Shown here piece by piece: positions 58,184 to 64,000 of a stretch of DNA of 64,000 nt. The translations under genes were made by a program, and so were the position numbers. Where the stretch lies: the IMG/VR virus record IMGVR_UViG_3300017991_000074; one strand, 5' to 3'. Numbering within the stretch: the stretch's first letter is position 1; each line of letters opens with the position of its first letter. This DNA comes from an uncultured virus (IMG/VR IMGVR_UViG_3300017991_000074) (taxonomy: Duplodnaviria; Heunggongvirae; Uroviricota; Caudoviricetes). The notes under the pieces were generated by a model. That model made no database searches. It worked only from the letters and a program-made list of their open reading frames with translations, and was not told where the DNA came from.

Positions 58184-58694
58184 CACCGCGATTCCGGTTC
58201 TAGGGCTTTTCTTGGGAGCTTTGCTGGCCACCTGTTCAGCCTGGGGTGAGCAAGATGATGGCGAATCCGTACACGGGGCCGTCGACGATGGGGAACGGGA
58301 ACGTTCAGTGGGTGAGGATCGTTCTCTACGGCGAGCGGTCGTGGAACACCGAGGACAGAGTGGTTTCTGGTTCCGCCGTGATGTTGCCCTCGAGATGCTC
58401 GCGGACCTGCAAGAGCTTCCCCTCCAGCGACGAATGGTCTCACTCATGGAAAGAGAGCTCTCCATACGAGGCCGGCAGGTTGAACGCTTGCGGGAGATGG
58501 TCTCACTTGAGAGGACGGCAGTGGATAGGGCGCTCGAAGGGCTCCAGGCGGCCGCGAGACGGGCTTCCGAAGCCGAGGCGTCCAGAGACGCCTGGTGGAG
58601 ACATCCGGCCTTCTGGGTAGGGCTGGGGGTGGTTTTCACGGTGGTTCTGGAGGTGGCAGCCGTCGCGGTTCTTGCCTACGTATCGCCGGACTAA
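58180..58694 (+). CDS. signal-bearing coiled-coil protein with C-terminal TM segment (spanin-like; start uncertain)
   Basis: VLGLFLGALLATC...coiled coil...WWRHPAFWVGLGVV; start coordinate is approximate. Confidence 0.45.
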
Positions 58695-58811
58695 AGAATC
58701 TTTCCGACCCACCACCGTTTTTCTTTCAGTTCCCCCTGCAATTTCTTATACTTATTATAGGGTGGTTCAACACCATCTCTCATCGTAGACACAGTGGAGG
58801 CATAGCACACG

Positions 58812-59072
58812 ATGACCGAAGCAAAGAAAACGTTCACAGGGTTTCAGAACATCTTCCAACCATTTCCGAAGAGGAGGACCGAATTGGAGGCAGTTCGGGT
58901 GGAGCGTCTTCGAGTGAGCATCTTGGCGGATGTGAAGGAGCTGCATCGTATTCTTCAGCAGGACTCCAAGCTAGTCGAGATGCTTTCCGGCTTCAGGAAA
59001 GGGAACCATGAGGTTCCCTGTGAGCTGGTGGCGTTGGCAAACATCATGATGCTCTATTCCAAGGAGATGTGA
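58812..59072 (+). CDS. hypothetical protein
   Basis: GGAGG upstream; follows an AT-rich intergenic region. Confidence 0.55.
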   Translation: MTEAKKTFTGFQNIFQPFPKRRTELEAVRVERLRVSILADVKELHRILQQDSKLVEMLSGFRKGNHEVPCELVALANIMMLYSKEM

Positions 59073-59073
59073 G

Positions 59074-59469
59074 ATGGACCTTCGGACAGTACCCATCGAA
59101 GATGCGATTGTTCTCGACCAGGACATGGGGAACATCCACGTACTCGAGTATCAGCCGGGAAACGGAACTCGGTACGTGGTGATGCTCACGGACCTCAACA
59201 ATCTCAATGATAGAGCTCGGGATGCGATTGGTTGCGGTCGCCGGGCCATCTTGGTCACCCTTCTGACAGACCCCACCCGCCAGCGCTCGGTGGTGGTCCA
59301 TGACAACGGCCTCATTCACTGGACCCGAATGGAGCGAATCATCGAGACGATTTCGGACCAGGTCGTGCTGGCGGAATTCGCGGCCTTCGTCCTTCAGCGA
59401 AAGGGTCACAGTGCGGTAGCGGTGAGCTGCGAGGAATACGAACGGCAGTACGGCCAGGCCGCCTACTGA
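59074..59469 (+). CDS. hypothetical protein
   Basis: 131 aa ORF in a coupled chain. Confidence 0.6.
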   Translation: MDLRTVPIEDAIVLDQDMGNIHVLEYQPGNGTRYVVMLTDLNNLNDRARDAIGCGRRAILVTLLTDPTRQRSVVVHDNGLIHWTRMERIIETISDQVVLAEFAAFVLQRKGHSAVAVSCEEYERQYGQAAY

Positions 59470-59470
59470 G

Positions 59471-60346
59471 ATGGCTAGTGAGCCTCTCCAGGTCCAGCTC
59501 AAGGAAGCAGAGGAATGTCTGGCTCGAGACCGACAGGTTATCGCTGAGTTGATCAACACCATCGTCAAGTACGTTCCGCGAAAGCATTGGCCGCGGTTTG
59601 TTTTGGAGTACTACGGCGCCATCCTGGATAACCTGCTTGGCGGACCTCAAATGAAGTCGGAAAAGGAGAAGCCGCTAGGTGAGGGTGTGGAAAAAGGGGA
59701 AGCTGAGGTTCCATCTGTGAAGAAAACTTCATCGAGAAAGATGCGGATTGACTGGAGCAAGCAACCGCTGGGGAAGGTGCCGGACACCGATATTGCTCGG
59801 AAGCTCGAGATATCGAGTGTGACGGTAGGGAGGGAGCGCAATAAGAGAGGGATTCTTGCGTTCCGCCCCGGGCCAGGGCAGCGAAGATGTGGGAGACGGG
59901 CGGGCATCAATTGGGACAATCAGCCTCTCCTTGGGAAGGTGCCCGATTCAGAGCTGGCCAAGGAGCTCGGTGTGCATGCCGCAACGGTGCGGGGAGCTCG
60001 AGTGCTTCGAGAGAAACGCGCAGCCGAAGCAGAGGCGCAGGAGAAGGCTGAGCTTGCAGCCCCTCCGCCGGCGATAGAAGAGGCTCCTCCAGAACCACCC
60101 AAGCCTCAGCCTCCTCCCGCTCCACGGCCGAAGCCGAAGCCTCGGCCAGCTCCTGGTCGCCATCGTCATCGCTGTCCGGTTTGTCGTGAGGAGGTGATCT
60201 GCATGGGGTCGTCATGCGAACCGAAGCTCGAGACAGATCAGGAGGAGCTGATGTCGTATCGGACCTGCGAGGCTTGCATCAAGGAGCTGAGCAAGGAGTC
60301 GTCGGGGAAGATGATTCATGTGTCAGGGAAGTTCGAGGCTCGATAG
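59471..60346 (+). CDS. DNA-binding protein with two HTH-like repeats, Pro-rich linker and Zn-finger-like end
   Basis: IDWSKQPLGKVPDTDIARKL and INWDNQPLLGKVPDSELAKEL; CPVC...CEAC. Confidence 0.7.
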   Translation: MASEPLQVQLKEAEECLARDRQVIAELINTIVKYVPRKHWPRFVLEYYGAILDNLLGGPQMKSEKEKPLGEGVEKGEAEVPSVKKTSSRKMRIDWSKQPLGKVPDTDIARKLEISSVTVGRERNKRGILAFRPGPGQRRCGRRAGINWDNQPLLGKVPDSELAKELGVHAATVRGARVLREKRAAEAEAQEKAELAAPPPAIEEAPPEPPKPQPPPAPRPKPKPRPAPGRHRHRCPVCREEVICMGSSCEPKLETDQEELMSYRTCEACIKELSKESSGKMIHVSGKFEAR

Positions 60347-60381
60347 GTGGCGGAGAAGAAACGCGGCTGACAAGAATTTCC

Positions 60382-60509
60382 TTTACAAACTCATATGCTT
60401 CCAATACCCTAATCTCAACCTTCACCCCTCCCACTGTAGGAGAGGTAGGCCAGTTCAAGTTTTTGCCGCTTGGACAACGGTTGACAGGACGACAAGAATG
60501 CGAAAGAAT
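60382..60509 (+). promoter_or_regulatory. two tandem putative promoters of the replication operon
   Basis: TTTACA-N17-TACCCT (60382-60410) and TTGACA-N17-AAGAAT (60481-60509). Confidence 0.55.
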
Positions 60510-60513
60510 CATA

Positions 60514-60630
60514 GTTACCTCCAGGTACGAGAAAGCCTCGTTGGGGTGATCGCGGTTCCCGCCAGAAAGCATTCTTGTCTCCGCGAATCCACCGGCAAAC
60601 CAACGGGGTTTTCTTGTGCCTGGAGGTAGT
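60514..60630 (+). promoter_or_regulatory. 31 bp leader stem occluding the initiator Shine-Dalgarno
   Basis: arms 60514-60544 and 60600-60630: 25 Watson-Crick and 6 G.U pairs, no mismatch. Confidence 0.9.
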
Positions 60631-60632
60631 CC

Positions 60633-61640
60633 ATGACCTCGCAGCAGTGCGTCCAGCTCCTCTCCTCGATTCTCCAAGAGCCGCAGATCGCGGCCCCCGA
60701 CAAGGTTCTCCTCTCCTTCATCGCCACTGAGCAGGCTGAGGGACGGACGGTTATCCATCGGGCCCTTGCTGACCTGGTCGACATCACGGCAACCAGCGTG
60801 GCACGTCGCTTGAGGAAGCTGCGAGAGCGGGGGTTTGTCGAGTGCGAGCGGGTGGGGAAGCATGCGTGGGAGTATCTCTTTGTGGGGTTTGATGTCCCCG
60901 CTTCCTCTGAGGAAATGGTTCCCTTTGTTGGGGACCCCATGACCCTCCACCCTGAGGGAAGTGGAGGGTCTCAAGTGGAGGAGAATCCTGCCCCTCCACC
61001 CCCTGTAAATGTATATGATCTATTTACTGGGGAGAGAATACTCTTGCGTAAAGCTACGCTTGCGGATGGCGGTAGCCCTGCAGGCTCTCCCCTAGCACCG
61101 ACACAGGAGGATGATGTGGCAGTGGTGACAGGACCGGACAGCCGGCTCAAGGAGATTCTTGAGCAGAAGGTGGCGAACGTGGGGAACAAGAAGCGGGTCT
61201 CACCGAAGAAGGATCGGTTCAAGGTCAGGGGAGGACCGACGAATCGGTGGGAGCGTTTCAAGGCGAAGAAGCCTTCCGAGTACAAGGTCCCTGACATGGA
61301 GATGCTGTACAAACAGACCTGGGAGAAAGAACAACTCTCGGGTCGCCCTTTTTCTTGGACGGGCAAGGATCAGGGTCAGGTGAAGCGCATGATCGTGGAC
61401 CAGGGGGCCGAGGCAGTCGCGAAGCTGATCGTGTATGTCTTGTCGAATTGGGACAAGATCAAACGGCGCTACCGATTGACGGGGACGCCGAGCCCGGCTG
61501 TGATCTATGGCTACAGACGGTCGTGGATGCCGGAGGCAATTGATGGGCCTCCGAAAGAGGTGTTGCGGGGGCCAGCCGAGTGGACGGGGGATGCGGACGA
61601 GGATGACGAGCTCGACGAGACGGGCTGGGGAGGTATCTGA
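60633..61640 (+). CDS. putative replication initiator (N-terminal winged HTH)
   Basis: ALADLVDITATSVARRLRKLRERGFVE; upstream of a DnaC-like gene. Confidence 0.7.
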   Translation: MTSQQCVQLLSSILQEPQIAAPDKVLLSFIATEQAEGRTVIHRALADLVDITATSVARRLRKLRERGFVECERVGKHAWEYLFVGFDVPASSEEMVPFVGDPMTLHPEGSGGSQVEENPAPPPPVNVYDLFTGERILLRKATLADGGSPAGSPLAPTQEDDVAVVTGPDSRLKEILEQKVANVGNKKRVSPKKDRFKVRGGPTNRWERFKAKKPSEYKVPDMEMLYKQTWEKEQLSGRPFSWTGKDQGQVKRMIVDQGAEAVAKLIVYVLSNWDKIKRRYRLTGTPSPAVIYGYRRSWMPEAIDGPPKEVLRGPAEWTGDADEDDELDETGWGGI

Positions 61641-61641
61641 G

Positions 61642-61989
61642 ATGGCTGACAAGAAGTCGACGTTCACCACGAATCCCGAGGCGGTCTATGAGGAGCAGGA
61701 GCGCCCTCCCCCAGAAGAGGTACCGGAGAGGCCGACACAGTTTCAGCCGCCGAAGGGTGGGATGAGCGAGGCTGCGTTGAAGCGGTGTCGACGTCTCATC
61801 ATCACCGATGCAGAGGTGACGGGGGTGTATCGGAAGCTGCTCACGGTGAAGGGGCCTGCTGGCAGTGGGGCCAAGGTACTCGAGCAGCTCTCGGTGAGAA
61901 CGCCGCAGGACCTGGCTCGAGTACGTCGGGCCTGGTGTGCGAAGTATCGCATTCCACCGGAGAACGTGACGGAGAAAGGAGATGGCTAG
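61642..61989 (+). CDS. hypothetical protein
   Basis: GGAGGT before ATG 61642. Confidence 0.55.
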   Translation: MADKKSTFTTNPEAVYEEQERPPPEEVPERPTQFQPPKGGMSEAALKRCRRLIITDAEVTGVYRKLLTVKGPAGSGAKVLEQLSVRTPQDLARVRRAWCAKYRIPPENVTEKGDG

Positions 61990-62320
61990 GGCACAGAGGG
62001 CCATGCTCGAGGTGATTGCCCGTGGGGCGAACAAGGGGAAGACGGAGCGGTGCATTGAGTTGGCAGCGGAACATGACGCCTACATCGTGTGCCCTATGCG
62101 TGTGGATGCGTTGAGAATCGTCCGGATGGCGGAGGCCATGGGGCTGAACATTCGATTTCCGCTTACGGTGTATGAGTTCTGGAGTGGGCAATACTGCGGA
62201 AAGAACATTCGAGGATTCATCTTCGATGACGTCGATCGGATCTTGGCCGCGGTGTCAAAGACGGTTCCGATTCTCGGTGTGTCAATAACTCTGGAGGAGC
62301 CAGGGTGCCTATCGAGCTGA
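61982..62320 (+). CDS. small degenerate P-loop-like protein
   Basis: RGANKGKT ... FIFDDVD. Confidence 0.55.
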   Translation: MARAQRAMLEVIARGANKGKTERCIELAAEHDAYIVCPMRVDALRIVRMAEAMGLNIRFPLTVYEFWSGQYCGKNIRGFIFDDVDRILAAVSKTVPILGVSITLEEPGCLSS

Positions 62321-62913
62321 CGCGGGAGCATCTGACCTACCTCAACATCGGACGACGATACTGGACGGCCGAGCTATCCCAGGCCTCCGAGCAACAGAAA
62401 GAAGCTCTTCGCGGCTACGTCATCAGATTCAAGAAGGCGATCCGGGCAGGCGTTGGGCTGTACCTGTTCGGCTCCAACGGTTCGGGCAAGACGTTCCTCT
62501 CCTCAGCTCTCCTCAAGGAGGCGTGGAGGCGCTGGGGGATAGCGGGCTACTGTGTCACCGCTGCGGAGCTCAAGGCGGCGTTTGCTCGACCCACGGAGGC
62601 TCACGCTGGCTCTGAGGAGTTGATGGTGGAGAGGGCTGAGGCAAGTCGACTCTTTGTCATCGATGATTTGGGGAAGGAGTATCGGGCCACGAGCGGCTTT
62701 GCTGAGGTGTCTTTTGGTGCGCTTCTTCGGCATCGGAGTCGGGAGGAGCTCGCCACGATCATCACGACGAATATGGGGCCGAAGGAGTTTGCTGAGGTCT
62801 ACGGTGCGTCGACAGCGAAACTGCTCAAGGAGTGCATGCTTCCAGTGAAACTGGGAGGGCGAGATCATCGAGACGATGCTGCGGATGAACTGCGGCGACT
62901 GATAAAGGAGTGA
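62305..62913 (+). CDS. DnaC/IstB-like AAA+ helicase loader
   Basis: GSNGSGKT, VIDDLGKE, TIITTN, GRDHR. Confidence 0.88.
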   Translation: MPIELTREHLTYLNIGRRYWTAELSQASEQQKEALRGYVIRFKKAIRAGVGLYLFGSNGSGKTFLSSALLKEAWRRWGIAGYCVTAAELKAAFARPTEAHAGSEELMVERAEASRLFVIDDLGKEYRATSGFAEVSFGALLRHRSREELATIITTNMGPKEFAEVYGASTAKLLKECMLPVKLGGRDHRDDAADELRRLIKE

Positions 62914-62916
62914 GTC

Positions 62917-63936
62917 ATGGCTCTGAAGAGGATCGAGTTCAAGCGTTATGCCGGCCTCAAGATCAAGGGCACCATCAATGTTCTGGAGGACGATTTGGTG
63001 AGCCTGGTGGCACCGGCCATCGAGACGCGCCACATCCAGCGCGCCTTCATGGTGACCTTTCTCGTGGAGAGCGGGGGACTGTTCGGCGGGGTGATGAACT
63101 ACGACGGCACCGCGATGACGGCTGGTGCCTGCCAGAACATCTTGGTGTATCCGAGGGAGCTGGCTCACGAGGACTTCAACGCCGAGGATGATCAGGGGCC
63201 TCTGGGGAAGTTGTTGCGGCGACTCGAGGTGATCCCCGGTCTCTATGCCGCTTTTGATGATCTGTGGGATTTGGTCGAGAACGAGGGGTGGTATCTGTCC
63301 CAGGATGGGCAGCTTCGGTGGATCGATTCAGGGGAGCACAGCATCGGCAAGAAAGTTCTTCCCCACCTCGCTGGGAACGTGGTGCACGGTGCCGTGCTTC
63401 GAGACACGATCACGGGTCCTCGTGGAGTGCTGCCTGTTCATGGAGAGCGGAGGCGGCGTTCGTCAGAATGGATCAGGGCCTTCGCCAAGGTGTTTAGTCA
63501 TCCCGAGTCGTTTTTTGCTCAGGCGGAATACGAGATGGAGCACATTGTCAAGTTTGCTACTCGGCGAAAGCTTCGCGGAAGTTGGAATACGATTCAGGAT
63601 TTGGTTTACGGTGACACGCATGTTAGTCGCATCGAGGTTGGTGAGGCCGATTTGATGCTCGAGGTTGACCTGGCCATGTGCATGTTCTGGAGTAATTCGG
63701 TCAATGCGCCCGGGAAGGCGAAGCGTGTGATTGAGAAGTGCCTGCCTTGTACGGATGGACTGACTTTTGCGAGGAAGCTGATTCGGGGTTTGGGCAACAC
63801 GAGCTTTGGTCGTTGGGATGACGACATCAAGAACGGGCGCTATCAGCGCACTCGACGCGCAATGAGGAGGCTCAAGCTCTGGCCAGAGAGTTTCTTCAAG
63901 CCGAAAGGCATCATGCCAGTGAATCTGCCCGGCTGA
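62917..63936 (+). CDS. hypothetical protein, possible lysozyme-like endolysin
   Basis: VESGG...NYDG...AGACQ resembles a lysozyme-fold catalytic region; weak evidence. Confidence 0.4.
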   Translation: MALKRIEFKRYAGLKIKGTINVLEDDLVSLVAPAIETRHIQRAFMVTFLVESGGLFGGVMNYDGTAMTAGACQNILVYPRELAHEDFNAEDDQGPLGKLLRRLEVIPGLYAAFDDLWDLVENEGWYLSQDGQLRWIDSGEHSIGKKVLPHLAGNVVHGAVLRDTITGPRGVLPVHGERRRRSSEWIRAFAKVFSHPESFFAQAEYEMEHIVKFATRRKLRGSWNTIQDLVYGDTHVSRIEVGEADLMLEVDLAMCMFWSNSVNAPGKAKRVIEKCLPCTDGLTFARKLIRGLGNTSFGRWDDDIKNGRYQRTRRAMRRLKLWPESFFKPKGIMPVNLPG

Positions 63937-64000
63937 TTCTCACATAGCACTAGATACAGGAGGAAGACATGGCACTGTGTTTCGAGCTTTCCATGCCGAG

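Noticed and set aside
1..64000. Prophage boundaries or host chromosome genes
   Set aside because: No integrase, att site or housekeeping genes; the sugar enzymes are translationally coupled to phage-type ORFs
63969..64000. ORF start at the window edge
   Set aside because: Only about 10 codons visible; cannot be assigned

Overview
This window is a 64 kb segment of a GC-rich tailed dsDNA phage with a contractile tail (myovirus). All credible genes lie on the + strand. I saw no tRNA, rRNA, CRISPR array, integrase or reverse transcriptase. Layout: (1-12.5 kb) accessory and modification genes, including an ASCH-like protein, a radical SAM protein, a UDP-sugar epimerase plus dehydrogenase, an FkbM methyltransferase, an N6-adenine DNA methyltransferase and a YkgJ-like protein; (12.5-15.7 kb) a probable early region with near-consensus sigma70 promoters; (15.7-27.7 kb) a G-rich/C-poor tract, a SAM methyltransferase, TerL, portal, MuF-like protein, scaffold, major capsid and neck genes; (27.8-41.3 kb) sheath, tube, chaperone with a -1 frameshift site, tape measure and baseplate, resembling extracellular contractile injection systems (eCIS); (41.3-57.3 kb) paralogous virion, fibre and spike genes with an embedded GT4 glycosyltransferase; (57.4-64 kb) holin/spanin-like genes, a replication initiator with DnaC-like loader and a possible lysin. 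The most unusual signal is non-coding. Two consecutive early genes are each enclosed by a 27-32 bp long-range inverted repeat whose mismatches are almost all G.U-compatible on the + strand. A 31 bp G.U stem buries the Shine-Dalgarno of the replication initiator, and further stems begin at predicted transcription starts of structural operons. All product calls come from motifs and synteny read by eye; no database search or folding program was run.
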